Shown here: in pieces, positions 1 to 9,195 of the stretch
Position numbering within the stretch: the first letter of the stretch is position 1
Layout: every line of letters starts with the position of its first letter
Source: a bacterium
Lineage (GTDB): Bacteria > Patescibacteriota > Minisyncoccia > Minisyncoccales > RBG-13-42-11
Length of the DNA: 38,528 nucleotides
Direction: 5' to 3'
NCBI GenBank assembly: GCA_030646565.1
Contig: JAUSLA010000046.1
Coordinates: 1-38,528, forward strand
Notes under the pieces: model-generated
What the model was told of the DNA's origin: nothing
The model's database searches: none
What the model saw: the letters and a program-made list of their open reading frames with translations, nothing else
Translations under genes and position numbers: made by a program

Positions 1-909
1 AATATTTTTATTGCCAGCTAAACGCTGTGCCAACACTGCATTGCAAGCAGGTATCTGCCGCTCGGCTATCTTTTGACTATTGCCGTGAGAACAGTCAATC
101 ACAAGATGGGGTGATAGTTGAGCTTTTTCTAATTGTATAATTGCGTCTGCAACAGAAGTCGAATCGTAATTCGGCCCGCTATCCCCGCCACGTAAAACCA
201 GGTGGCTATAAGGATTGCCCTCGCTGGTGAAAATCGCTGCTTGCCCGGTTTCAAAATCAATGCCGAGAAAAGAATTTGGATTTTGCGCCCAGACTATCGC
301 ATCTACCGCAGTCTGAATATTGCCGCTTATACTGTTTTTAAAGCCTACGGGCATGCTTAGACCGCTTGCCCTATCTCTATATCCTTGATTCTCAACAGCG
401 CGAGCTCCGACTGCTACCCATGAAACAAGAAGAGCAAGATATTGAGAAGCAATCGAATCAACGAATTCAGTGGCTACAGGGAGACGAAGCTTAGCAAGCT
501 CTTCCAAGAAATCTCGGACCCCATATAAACCATTTTCCATATCGAGATCTTTTAAGTTAGGTCTTTGCATATATCCCGGCCAAGCGAGACGGGTTCTCGA
601 CTTTTCAGGATACGCTCTCATCACAATGAACAACTTTTTATTTAATTTCTGACTTAATTCAGCCAGTCTTTTCGCATATTCCAGACCGGCTTCAGGACGG
701 TCCATTGAGCAAGGCCCGACAATCGCCAGCATTCGAGGATCTTTTCCCGTTAAAATATCAACAATCTGCCGGCGAGAATTTAACACAAAATCTCCCAGCT
801 CTTTGTCTGCCAGAAAGCGTTCCAAAAACTTCTTTGGCGGAACGATTGGAACGATACTTCTAATATTTGAATCGGAAAGTTTGCTCATAGCTCTATGCGT
901 TTGATTCAT
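1..909 (-). CDS. aroG: 3-deoxy-7-phosphoheptulonate (DAHP) synthase, class I-alpha; 3' end runs off the window
   Basis: Not in the ORF track. Manual translation: MNQTHRAMSKLSDSNIRSIVPIVPP...GKDPRMLAIVGPCS...RAYPEKSRTRLAWPG...IGAR...MPVGFKN...HLVLRGG...VIDCSHGNS. AAGGAGGG precedes ATG 909; alternative in-frame ATG at 888. aroF/G/H subtype not resolvable. Confidence 0.92.
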   Translation of the reverse strand, partial: MNQTHRAMSKLSDSNIRSIVPIVPPKKFLERFLADKELGDFVLNSRRQIVDILTGKDPRMLAIVGPCSMDRPEAGLEYAKRLAELSQKLNKKLFIVMRAYPEKSRTRLAWPGYMQRPNLKDLDMENGLYGVRDFLEELAKLRLPVATEFVDSIASQYLALLVSWVAVGARAVENQGYRDRASGLSMPVGFKNSISGNIQTAVDAIVWAQNPNSFLGIDFETGQAAIFTSEGNPYSHLVLRGGDSGPNYDSTSVADAIIQLEKAQLSPHLVIDCSHGNSQKIAERQIPACNAVLAQRLAGNKNI

Positions 910-1127
910 CAGGCTCCCTCCTTCTTTTTTCTAGCATACGCCTTTCTCTGGAATAAGCTAGAAACTGCGGCGTCCATAAGGCCACCTGAAACGTAAATCC
1001 AGATACCATACCACTCCTCCTTTGTTAATGTGCTTTCCTGTTCTGCTCCAAAAGCAGCACAGACCGGAGATTTTAAAATTTTCTCTGGCAAGGAAGCCGA
1101 ATTTATTTCGGCGCCCTTGTCAGGCAA

Positions 1128-1152
1128 CAAAAAACCTCTTTAAGAAAAGAGG
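1128..1152 (-). terminator. Attenuator terminator upstream of aroG
   Basis: Minus strand CCTCTTT-TCTT-AAAGAGG followed by TTTTTTG. Confidence 0.8.
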
Positions 1153-1181
1153 CTGGTCTGCGAAAATTCTTTTTCTTACGA

Positions 1182-1259
1182 TTAATCCATCGTCAAACCA
1201 GCCTCCTTTTTAAAAAAGGTAAAGATAAAATAAAACTTTTTGCTGGCTTGATTTTTCAT
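1182..1259 (-). CDS. Attenuation leader peptide, 25 aa, Phe/Tyr-rich
   Basis: Manual translation MKNQASKKFYFIFTFFKKEAGLTMD*; 5 Phe and 1 Tyr in 8 consecutive codons, upstream of a terminator and DAHP synthase. Confidence 0.8.
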   Translation of the reverse strand: MKNQASKKFYFIFTFFKKEAGLTMD

Positions 1260-1269
1260 AACTGATATT

Positions 1270-1298
1270 AGATTATTATGTTCAAAGCATTCTGTCAA
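1270..1298 (-). promoter_or_regulatory. Putative sigma70 promoter for the leader-aroG transcript
   Basis: TTGACA-17 nt-TAATCT on the minus strand, about 10 nt before the leader ATG. Confidence 0.5.
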
Positions 1299-1303
1299 TA
1301 GTT

Positions 1304-1327
1304 GGGGCGTCCATTGCTGGACGCCCC
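1304..1327. terminator. GC-rich hairpin after the XRE gene
   Basis: GGGGCGTCCA-TTGC-TGGACGCCCC, perfect 10-bp stem just past the stop at 1334; no clear U-tract. Confidence 0.5.
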
Positions 1328-1333
1328 TTGAGA

Positions 1334-1798
1334 CTAAATTTGCTTTGCAGGATCACCTGCTTCGCCCGCTGTTCCTTCGTAATCCTCTACCCTCAACGTG
1401 ACACTTGCCCGAAGCGCATCAAGTATTCGCTGCGCTCGGTCAAGGGTAATGCCGTGGTATTCATTGTGTTCGTCGCGGGAAACCACCGCTTCGCTCACCT
1501 CTAATCTAGCGGCTAATGATCGCTGCGTAATTCCGCTAGCGATTCGCAAAGCAATTAGCAATCGCCCGGCTAGGGGCAAGCGACGTATGACTGGGAATTC
1601 ACGTCGCCGCACCCCCTCATACCAATCAATCTCCTCCGCCAGTTGTGCTTGAAATGAGAGTAGCGGTTCCATCGCTCGCTGTACCTCATCGAGCGCTAGT
1701 CCTACGCTTCTAAGCGCAGACTGTTGCTGTGCTGCAATGCTTCTATTTTGCTCAAGTCGTCGCAGCGCCTCTTCATACTCTGCTTCATTTCGGATCAT
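1334..1798 (-). CDS. XRE-family helix-turn-helix protein (HigA-antitoxin-like)
   Basis: MIRNEAEYEEAL N-terminus and LIALRIASGITQRSLAARLEVSEAVVSRDE HTH; start moved to ATG 1798, which follows AGGAAGGAG. Confidence 0.8.
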   Translation of the reverse strand: MIRNEAEYEEALRRLEQNRSIAAQQQSALRSVGLALDEVQRAMEPLLSFQAQLAEEIDWYEGVRRREFPVIRRLPLAGRLLIALRIASGITQRSLAARLEVSEAVVSRDEHNEYHGITLDRAQRILDALRASVTLRVEDYEGTAGEAGDPAKQI

Positions 1799-1937
1799 GG
1801 TTATTCTCCTTCCTGTTTTTTTTCGAAGAACAATCGCTACAACGCTCCGTAGAGATTGCCAACGCATTGAGCATTGCATATTATACTCGTCATGTCAAAA
1901 CCCCGCGTCCTACATTCTGCGAGAGTCGCTAGCCACC

Positions 1938-3254
1938 TTATTCATTTCTTTCGCTCAAGGTGACTTGCAAAATGATCTCTTCTTTGTTTCTCAAAATTTT
2001 CAGCGGCACTGTGTCTCCGACATTATATTTCATAATAACCTTAGCCAAAGTATTGTCTGCGGTAATTTTCTCTCCGTTAAGCTCTAAAATAATGTCATTT
2101 TCTTTCAGGCCGGCTTTTTGAGCGGCTGAATCAATGGCAATAGCCGGCTCTCCCCCCTCTCCCTTTGTAACCCAGGCGCCGTAATCAACGGACAAATTGT
2201 TGTCTTTTTGAATTTTTTCCGTAATAAGCGTATACCTTACCCCCAAGAAAGGATAAACAATTTTGCCGTAATTCTTTACCTGCTCAATAGCTTTTTTGGC
2301 TTTATTAATTTGAATAGCAAAGCCAATGCTCTGGGCGTCTTCCACCATTGCGGCGTTAACGCCTATAACTTCGCCTTTTAAATTAAGAAGAGGCCCTCCG
2401 GAATTTCCCTTATTGATTGCGGCGTCTGTTTGGATAACATCTTCTAATGTTTCCACCAAACCGCCGCCGGAAGCTGTAATCGTCCTGCCTAATCCAGAAA
2501 TCACCCCGACTGAAATTGTATTTCTAAACTCTCCCAAAGCGTTGCCAATCGCAACAACGGTTTGGCCTATTTGGATTTTATCCGAATCGCCGAGTTTTAC
2601 CACAAGGAAGGGCTTTAAAGAAAATCCTCCCTGCTCATTAACAATTTTTTCCTGGCTGATTTTCAAAACGGCTAAGTCCTGCAAAGGATCTCGGGCTAAA
2701 ACTTTTGCCGGATATTTTTTTCCGTCATTGGTAAAGACAGTGTAATCAGCTTGTTCATCCAGAGCAACGTGTTTGTTGGTTAAAACCATTCCGTCTTCAG
2801 AAATAATGAAGCCGGTTCCTCCGCCAATCTCTTTTTTTTCGGTTCCTTTTTGCCTAAGTTGAGGCGCTTGCAACCGAAAGGACTGGCCGAAAAATTCTTC
2901 AAACACATAATATTGTTCAAAAATTGGCACGTCTTTGGTGATGACAATACTTACCACAGCTGGAGCAACATCTTTGACCACTTTAATTATAGCTTCTTCT
3001 TGAGTGGTTTGGGGCAAATATATTCCCTCGGTAGTCGTGGAATTCCCTAAAATTTCGGGCAGTTTAATGCCTAATTTGACAAGCTCGTCCTTTATTTGCA
3101 GATAAAAAACTCCGCCAGTCAGGGTGCCAGATATAAAACCGGAAACCGAAGAGATAAAAATAATCAGAATAATCAGCCAAAAGGTTTTATTCTGCCAGAA
3201 TTTAGGGAATTTAATCTTGGGAAAATCAAATTTTGGCGATTCATAAATAGACAT
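1938..3254 (-). CDS. htrA: HtrA/DegP-family trypsin-like serine protease with PDZ domain, membrane anchored
   Basis: GTGFII, LTNKHV, DLAVLK, QTDAAINKGNSGGPL motifs; C-terminal PDZ; N-terminal TM. The longer ORF-track start overlaps the neighbouring gene and a repeat. Confidence 0.92.
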   Translation of the reverse strand: MSIYESPKFDFPKIKFPKFWQNKTFWLIILIIFISSVSGFISGTLTGGVFYLQIKDELVKLGIKLPEILGNSTTTEGIYLPQTTQEEAIIKVVKDVAPAVVSIVITKDVPIFEQYYVFEEFFGQSFRLQAPQLRQKGTEKKEIGGGTGFIISEDGMVLTNKHVALDEQADYTVFTNDGKKYPAKVLARDPLQDLAVLKISQEKIVNEQGGFSLKPFLVVKLGDSDKIQIGQTVVAIGNALGEFRNTISVGVISGLGRTITASGGGLVETLEDVIQTDAAINKGNSGGPLLNLKGEVIGVNAAMVEDAQSIGFAIQINKAKKAIEQVKNYGKIVYPFLGVRYTLITEKIQKDNNLSVDYGAWVTKGEGGEPAIAIDSAAQKAGLKENDIILELNGEKITADNTLAKVIMKYNVGDTVPLKILRNKEEIILQVTLSERNE

Positions 3255-3255
3255 A

Positions 3256-3299
3256 GTCAAAGAAATAAATTTCTTCTTCACCCCGCGCTTCGCTTGGGT
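3256..3299 (-). repeat. Two-hairpin dispersed repeat copy abutting the htrA start
   Basis: rc ACCCAAGCGAAGCGCGGGGTGAAGAAGAAATTTATTTCTTTGAC, then T-ATG. Confidence 0.75.
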
Positions 3300-3301
3300 T
3301 T

Positions 3302-4195
3302 TTAACGCTTCAAAATATTCTTTGTTTTTAAAATTACTATTTTCGGGGTAAAAAGTAAAAAAATAAGGATCCAGCTTAAAAATACTATTCCCGACATAAG
3401 ATAAGAAACGATAATCCAAACAAATTGAAATAAAAAATTTGTTTTTTTTGCTTTTTTGTCCCGGCCTTTCAATACTCTCTTCTTTTGATACTGGCCGAAG
3501 TCGTATCTAAAGATATTTATTTTTACATTCCCAAAAAAAATATTTAAAATGTTACAAAAAAAATATTTAAAATTAGTTCTCCACAGGCCTTCTTTTTCAA
3601 ATCTTCTTAAAAACAAAGGCAGTTTGACTCCTTTTAAAAAACCAAATCTGCCAACCTTAGCCGCCCGGCGGACAAAGTCATGGTCTTCGGCTATCTTAAT
3701 GTTTTCGTCAAAACCCCCAACGGCTTGAAAGATTTCCCTTTTAACCAAAATTAAACTGGCGGCATAAGGAAAAACTCCCTGCAGGAATCTGACAGGCCAA
3801 TTATATAAAAGATTATAAAAAAATTGGGGGTGAATAGCTTTGGGCGCCCACTCTATGCCTATGGGTATATGGCCGCAACCGGAAACATCTAAATTTCTAT
3901 CGTTAAATTCTTGCAAGACTTTCTTTAAAAAATTATCGGACAAAAGGGTTTCTGCGTCCAAAAATAAAAATAAATCACCTTGGGCAGCTGCTGCTCCCTG
4001 ATTTCTGCCTTTTGCCGGCAGCCCTCCGTCAACTATTTTACATCCGTATTTTCGGGCTACATCCCTTGTTCTGTCTTTAGAATAGGCGTCTGAAACAACT
4101 ATCTCAAAGTCCTTAAAATTCTGCTTTTTTATGGAGTCAAGCAATAAAGACAGGTACGCTTCTTCGTTTAAGGTTGGAATAATAATACTAAGCAT
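3302..4195 (-). CDS. Glycosyltransferase family 2
   Basis: MLSIIIPTLNEE, DAYSKDRT, GRNQGA, FLFLDAE, GGFDE..EDHDF motifs. Confidence 0.9.
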   Translation of the reverse strand: MLSIIIPTLNEEAYLSLLLDSIKKQNFKDFEIVVSDAYSKDRTRDVARKYGCKIVDGGLPAKGRNQGAAAAQGDLFLFLDAETLLSDNFLKKVLQEFNDRNLDVSGCGHIPIGIEWAPKAIHPQFFYNLLYNWPVRFLQGVFPYAASLILVKREIFQAVGGFDENIKIAEDHDFVRRAAKVGRFGFLKGVKLPLFLRRFEKEGLWRTNFKYFFCNILNIFFGNVKINIFRYDFGQYQKKRVLKGRDKKAKKTNFLFQFVWIIVSYLMSGIVFLSWILIFLLFTPKIVILKTKNILKR

Positions 4196-4242
4196 TTTAA
4201 TTATTATTTTAACAAATGGCTGTAAAAAGAAAAGTGGGCCGG

Positions 4243-5769
4243 TTATTTTTTCCGGAATTTCTCTGTCGGCCAAAAGCCCATATACTTTCCCAGCATCAAG
4301 CGTGTCTGGGCTTCCAAAGCCGGCAGAGAAGTGAAAAAAATCATAATCAAAGGCAGCAAAAACCACTCTAAAATAAAAAATAAATATTTCTTCTTACCCA
4401 ATCCAAATGGCCGGGGCGGCAGCAGCAGAACACTAAAATAAACCGAGCCAATCAATCCCAGCATTCCGATGGTTAAAACGCGACTTACAAAACTCGGCAA
4501 GTTATAAGCCAGCAAACTTTGGCCAAATTCTTTGCTTCCCAGCCACAAAGGAAGCCAACCCAGCAAAAATATCAAAATTGAGTTTGTTGCCCAAGACCAA
4601 TGGCCCTCAAAGATATTAAATCCTAAGGAAAATTTCTTTAAAAAAGGAATTTTTGGGTTCTTTAAAAAACCGAATAAAAAATAAGGGACGTCTCCCGCGC
4701 CATAGGCCCATCTTCTTTGCTGTTTGTAAACATTTTTCATTGTCCTAAAAAAACTTGAAGCAGCGTTAGCGTCCATTGCAATCGGATAATACAAAGGAAC
4801 AACTTTGTAGTCCCCGTCATAATACAAGAAACACTGCCAGAAAATGCGGGAATCATCGGAAACCGCGTTTGCCTGACGGAAGCCAACATCAACTAATGCC
4901 CTAAAACTCATTGAATGGGAAGAAAAAGTGATTAATTTTTCCGGCCTCTCCTGGCACATCATTTGCCAGAAAGTGGCTGAAAAAGCAAAAATCCGGGAAA
5001 TGGGCGGGGCTTGCCAGATATTATTCACAAAAAGAGGAACCGGCTGAAAACTGCAGCGAGTCGGATTTTTTTGAAACAAATAATAATAAGTCAAACAGCT
5101 AAAATATTTCGGGAAAACACAGGTGTCTGCGTCAAAAGAAGAAACAATAATATTTTCGTAAGGAATGGACAATGGGTCTATTATTAAATCTTTCGCTTTT
5201 TTTGTCCCCCAGGATTCGTTGGCCCCCTTGCCTAAAATTTCATCGGGCAGATTTTGAGGATGAAAAGTTAATAAAAATCTAAAAAATTTATCGCTAAACT
5301 CTTTTTCAGCTTCAATCGCCGCTGTTTTGTTTCCCCCCTCTTCGCAGGTTAAAACAATGAGCATTTTTTCTTTTGGCCAGTCAGACGATATTAAAGAGCG
5401 CAGAGCTTCTTTCAGGATTTTTCCGGATTCTTTATACATTGGCAGGACAACCAAGTGGTAAATCTCTTTTTGTTTGGGAAAACTTTTTATTTTTTCCAGC
5501 CAATCAATTTTTTCATTTTTTTTCATTTGCTGAAAACTCGCCCGAAGATGAAAAGAAAAATAAATTGTCCTAAACATCCAATAGATAACAAAGGCAATAA
5601 TGGAAATAGATATCCAAACGGGTCTTAACCACGACAAAAGAATCGCCAAAAATATGGTAAACCATGAAATAGCTCCGGGCAAAATTTCAAAAAATCGATA
5701 AATTATTCTCTCTTTCTTGTCTTTCAAGTCCGAAGCCCGACCAACTTTTAAATAATAAGGAGTATTCAT
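4243..5769 (-). CDS. Membrane-integral GT2 glycosyltransferase (processive/cellulose-synthase-like)
   Basis: LPMYKE, GKGAN, FDAD, SDD and QQRRW motifs with flanking TM helices. Confidence 0.85.
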   Translation of the reverse strand: MNTPYYLKVGRASDLKDKKERIIYRFFEILPGAISWFTIFLAILLSWLRPVWISISIIAFVIYWMFRTIYFSFHLRASFQQMKKNEKIDWLEKIKSFPKQKEIYHLVVLPMYKESGKILKEALRSLISSDWPKEKMLIVLTCEEGGNKTAAIEAEKEFSDKFFRFLLTFHPQNLPDEILGKGANESWGTKKAKDLIIDPLSIPYENIIVSSFDADTCVFPKYFSCLTYYYLFQKNPTRCSFQPVPLFVNNIWQAPPISRIFAFSATFWQMMCQERPEKLITFSSHSMSFRALVDVGFRQANAVSDDSRIFWQCFLYYDGDYKVVPLYYPIAMDANAASSFFRTMKNVYKQQRRWAYGAGDVPYFLFGFLKNPKIPFLKKFSLGFNIFEGHWSWATNSILIFLLGWLPLWLGSKEFGQSLLAYNLPSFVSRVLTIGMLGLIGSVYFSVLLLPPRPFGLGKKKYLFFILEWFLLPLIMIFFTSLPALEAQTRLMLGKYMGFWPTEKFRKK

Positions 5770-5771
5770 TG

Positions 5772-5890
5772 ATCAAGCTTTCGCATAGCGAAAGCGAAGA
5801 TGAAGAAGAAAACGTAGTTTTCTTCGCCTTAAACCAAGCTTTCGCATAGCGAAAGCGAAGGTTTAAGAAGAGGGCGAAGCCCTCTTCGCC
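5772..5890 (+). repeat. Tandem pair of two-hairpin repeats
   Basis: CAAGCTTTCGCATAGCGAAAGCGAAG occurs twice, followed by GAAGAAAAC-GTA-GTTTTCTTC and GAAGAGGGC-GAA-GCCCTCTTC; the second copy supplies the stop of the glycoside hydrolase gene. Confidence 0.85.
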
Positions 5891-6870
5891 TGAAATAGTT
5901 TTTTTGCTTCATTCCATATTTCGGGCTTATTTTGTTTTTCCTTGAGCCAATATATCCATTCCGCTCCCCATAAATAAAATTCTTTAAATCCGGTTTTCTT
6001 GGCAAATTCAATATTATATTTAAATTGTTCCAGATTCATTGTCTTTTTTTGCTCTTCCAAAGGGCTGTCGTAAAGTAATTTTGGCCCCCAAGGTTCGGCT
6101 TGCAGCTCAACAACAATAACTTCTTTTTTGAATAATTTTTTGATAATTTGGGCTTTGCGCCAGTAAAAGGTTGGGTTGAAAGGATAAGTAATATAAATAC
6201 CCAGTTGATTCACCCAAACTTTTTTATACATTGTTGTGCCAACGATATCTCCAAGCTTGGCGGCTGTGAGCCAAAAGGAACCTTCGCCGCTATCGGAAAT
6301 AACCACCGGCCTTTTCTGATAGTCTAAGGATTTTACTAAATCTATTTCTTTTTTCAAGAAGTTTTTATCAACCCAGGGACATTCGCCGAAAGGAAAAAAT
6401 GGCTCGTTTTCCACTTGCCACATATTTATAGCAGTCGAACCTCTATACCGTACGACTATTTGCTCAATTAGATTTAAAATTCTTTCCTGTTGCTGTTCTT
6501 TATCCAAACCCTTTGCCCAACCGGGAATATGGCATTCCGGCCACCTGGGAGTTTTCATTCCAATAACCAAAAGCAATTTTACTCCTTTATCTTCGGCTGT
6601 CTTTATCTGCCAGTCCAAGTCCTCAAGATTATAATCCCCTTCTTTTGGTTCAATTAAATCCCAATGAACGGCTAATTTTATATTTTTTGCACCCAGGTCG
6701 TCAAGCAGGGCAGAATAATTTTTTTTCCAGTCCAGTCCCAAATCTGCGGCGTGCTTTTGGGAAAAATTAACTCCCCAAGTGATTTCTTTTGCCTTGGGAG
6801 GAGAACCAATAAAAAAATAGCCGGCAAGAATTAAAAATAAGATTAAAATTACAAAAAAAATCTTCCCCAT
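5863..6870 (-). CDS. Membrane-anchored glycoside hydrolase, clan GH-A TIM barrel (beta-galactosidase/GH5-like)
   Basis: HWDLIEPKEGDYN..DLD, WQVENEP (acid/base) and VVELQAEPW (nucleophile) motifs; hydrophobic N-terminus from MGKIFF. Confidence 0.8.
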   Translation of the reverse strand: MGKIFFVILILFLILAGYFFIGSPPKAKEITWGVNFSQKHAADLGLDWKKNYSALLDDLGAKNIKLAVHWDLIEPKEGDYNLEDLDWQIKTAEDKGVKLLLVIGMKTPRWPECHIPGWAKGLDKEQQQERILNLIEQIVVRYRGSTAINMWQVENEPFFPFGECPWVDKNFLKKEIDLVKSLDYQKRPVVISDSGEGSFWLTAAKLGDIVGTTMYKKVWVNQLGIYITYPFNPTFYWRKAQIIKKLFKKEVIVVELQAEPWGPKLLYDSPLEEQKKTMNLEQFKYNIEFAKKTGFKEFYLWGAEWIYWLKEKQNKPEIWNEAKKLFQAKRASPSS

Positions 6871-6875
6871 AAATA

Positions 6876-7784
6876 CTATAATACTAAAATTGCTAATCCG
6901 GAGCCAATCAGCAAAATTGCGATAATTTTTTGCGACAGAATTTCCTTTGAAATTTTTTCTTTTATAATTTGAGGGAATCTTAGTGAAAGAATAATTGTAA
7001 AAATGAGCAAGAAAACATATTGCACCCCCTGAAGCGCATTGATTATAGACACATAAGCTAAAGGGGCGAGAGCTATTGCCCAATTTTGCAAAAAGCCGGC
7101 TCCGGCTCCCGCTGTCTGGTTTATAACAAGAATGCCAAACGCTTTTTTTTGAAGACCTTCCTTTTTTCTGCTTATCTCTTGCCGGACGCTTGATGAAAAA
7201 ATAAAGAATGCTGACGCCATCAACGCTCCCCCTAACCGAGTCCAAACCAACCCGTTTAGAAAGGGCTGTTCCAAATAAACATACTTTGTGAGCACAAATG
7301 ACAAGGCAAAGAAAAAAGCTGCTATTAAAGACATTTTGAAAGCTTGCAGATTAATACTTTTGCCTTTTTCAAGGGTAATTAGAATACTGCCTGCAATTAA
7401 TAATAAGAAAGAAAAAAACTCTAACGGCGACAAACTCTCTTTGCCTAATGAAAAAATGTAAACCAAAAAAAAAGTAAATAAGGGCGCCAATGCCCCGACA
7501 GCCGGCACCACCTGGGACGCATCGAAAAGTTGCAATGCCTTAAAAAAACGATAAAGAGCGTAAATAGAAAATCCTCCCGCCAAGAAACTTAAAATGAGCT
7601 GGGATAAATCAGGTATGTAAAAATCAATAAATGGAACGATAATTAATAAAAGAAATCCCGCAATCCCGATAAAAAAAGCGTAAACCTTTGGATTGGGAAC
7701 GGCCTTTACTAATAGATATTTATCTATCAAAAAAACAACGGCAAAAATAAAATAAGCTAGAATTGTAATATTTAACCAGAGCAT
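6876..7784 (-). CDS. EamA/DMT-family transporter
   Basis: About 300 aa, roughly 10 TM helices in two repeats, LGKESLS-type motif. Confidence 0.8.
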   Translation of the reverse strand: MLWLNITILAYFIFAVVFLIDKYLLVKAVPNPKVYAFFIGIAGFLLLIIVPFIDFYIPDLSQLILSFLAGGFSIYALYRFFKALQLFDASQVVPAVGALAPLFTFFLVYIFSLGKESLSPLEFFSFLLLIAGSILITLEKGKSINLQAFKMSLIAAFFFALSFVLTKYVYLEQPFLNGLVWTRLGGALMASAFFIFSSSVRQEISRKKEGLQKKAFGILVINQTAGAGAGFLQNWAIALAPLAYVSIINALQGVQYVFLLIFTIILSLRFPQIIKEKISKEILSQKIIAILLIGSGLAILVL

Positions 7785-9073
7785 TTTTCAATAACGCGTT
7801 TAATGTTTAACGTCCCCAATTTTTCGCCCTCAATAAAACCCTGCATAGCGGCCTCTGCCAAATATCCCTGCTCCAGCCAGTCAAAAAGCCACTGCTCTAC
7901 ATGACTGGGATCTTCTTGCAACAATCCAAAACCGGATTTCACAAGCCATCTTTTGTTAAATTCTTCTTGAGAGCCAATGGTCGGGGCAATAATTATCGGC
8001 AGACCCAAGGCGGAATAAAAAGAAAGCTCTGACGGTTTTGTCCATAAAATATCCGTTGTTCTTAAGGCCTGATTAAATTTCTGAAAGTATTTTTCAAAAT
8101 CTTTTTCAAAGAGGATTTCAATGTTTTCAGCATTCTTTAATCCTAACCCTTGGATATTCTTTTCAAAATACCTTCTTGTTTTCTCTTTAACTCCAACCGA
8201 AAAAATTATCTTAATTTCTCTTAGCTTTATCTTTCGTTTCAAACATTTCAGGATTTTAACTCCGATTTCTTTTTGGGCGCCGGCCCCGCCAACAGAAAAC
8301 ATTAATGTTAAGGGATGGTTTGACGATGAGGGCAGCTTGCCAAGATATTTTTTGATAAGGAGCTCGTAATAATAGTTATACCTTTGCTTGGGATCAAGAT
8401 TTAAAAGCCTGTGACCCAAATCTTCCTTCAGGATTTCCATATTTTTTCCGCCAATGTTTTCCATGGGCAGAGGATAACCGGTAAAAAATATATTTCGGGG
8501 TTTTATCCCGTAAAGCTGCAATCTCTCGGCAACTCTTTCGGTAGGAACAAAATATTTTATTCTGCTTAATTTTGGATTTAAAGATGCCCAAGCTCGGGCA
8601 ATGTCCGTATCGCAGACAATACAAAAAATATCTCCGGGATATTTAAAATGTTCTGCCATAAAAGCCGGGGTAAAAAAGGTGCTTACCAGAGGAGGACACC
8701 CTTCTTGTCCTGAACCACGTCGAAGGGTTTCAATCAAATCCTTTCCCCAGCCGTTCTCAATCATAGAAAAAATTTGCTTTAACTGAAAATTGGATTCAGA
8801 TAAATCTCTTTTTGGATAAAAGCTAAGTATCTTTTGAAACCGATCAAAGACGAAAAAAACAAACTCGCCGATTAAAGAAATTCTTTTAAAATTTGAAATA
8901 AATTCATAAAATATTCTGGTTGTTTCCCAAATTTTCCTGTCTTTTTCGGGAATGCCAAGATAATCATTGGCATTAATAATTTCTCCGTTAAAAGCTAAAT
9001 ATTTCAAAGGAAAAGCCGTCCTTTGATGTCCGTAGCCCATATTTACCGATATTATCCAAGCTTCTTTTGCCAT
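7772..9073 (-). CDS. GT-B glycosyltransferase, diacylglycerol-glycosyltransferase (UgtP/MGDG synthase)-like
   Basis: MGYGHQRTA, TGYP, GGAG, TKPSELS, GLPIII..GSQEEFN motifs. Confidence 0.7.
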   Translation of the reverse strand: MAKEAWIISVNMGYGHQRTAFPLKYLAFNGEIINANDYLGIPEKDRKIWETTRIFYEFISNFKRISLIGEFVFFVFDRFQKILSFYPKRDLSESNFQLKQIFSMIENGWGKDLIETLRRGSGQEGCPPLVSTFFTPAFMAEHFKYPGDIFCIVCDTDIARAWASLNPKLSRIKYFVPTERVAERLQLYGIKPRNIFFTGYPLPMENIGGKNMEILKEDLGHRLLNLDPKQRYNYYYELLIKKYLGKLPSSSNHPLTLMFSVGGAGAQKEIGVKILKCLKRKIKLREIKIIFSVGVKEKTRRYFEKNIQGLGLKNAENIEILFEKDFEKYFQKFNQALRTTDILWTKPSELSFYSALGLPIIIAPTIGSQEEFNKRWLVKSGFGLLQEDPSHVEQWLFDWLEQGYLAEAAMQGFIEGEKLGTLNIKRVIEKCSG

Positions 9074-9075
9074 TT

Positions 9076-9176
9076 ACCGAGTTCCGCGAAGCGCGAAGAA
9101 CGTTCGTTCTTCTTCCACCCTTCGCTACGCTCGGGTGCGGGACGAAGGTGAAGACGAGGACGAAGTTCTCGTCGCC
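9076..9176 (+). repeat. Nested two-hairpin repeats
   Basis: Outer ACCGAGTTCCGCGAAGC...GGGACGAAGGTGAAGACGAGGAC-GAA-GTTCTCGTCGCC with an inverted copy at about 9093-9136. Confidence 0.85.
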
Positions 9177-9195
9177 TTTCTATTTTAGCAGAATT

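Noticed and set aside
909-1130. 73-aa ORF upstream of aroG
   Set aside because: Its TTG start lies in the attenuator U-tract with no SD and no recognisable motif. The TGATG overlap with aroG is noted, but evidence is insufficient.
3255-3419. N-terminal extensions in the ORF track (htrA, the 3302 GT2, the 5863 hydrolase, rpsU, murA)
   Set aside because: They overlap neighbouring genes or repeats; downstream ATGs give family-typical N-termini.
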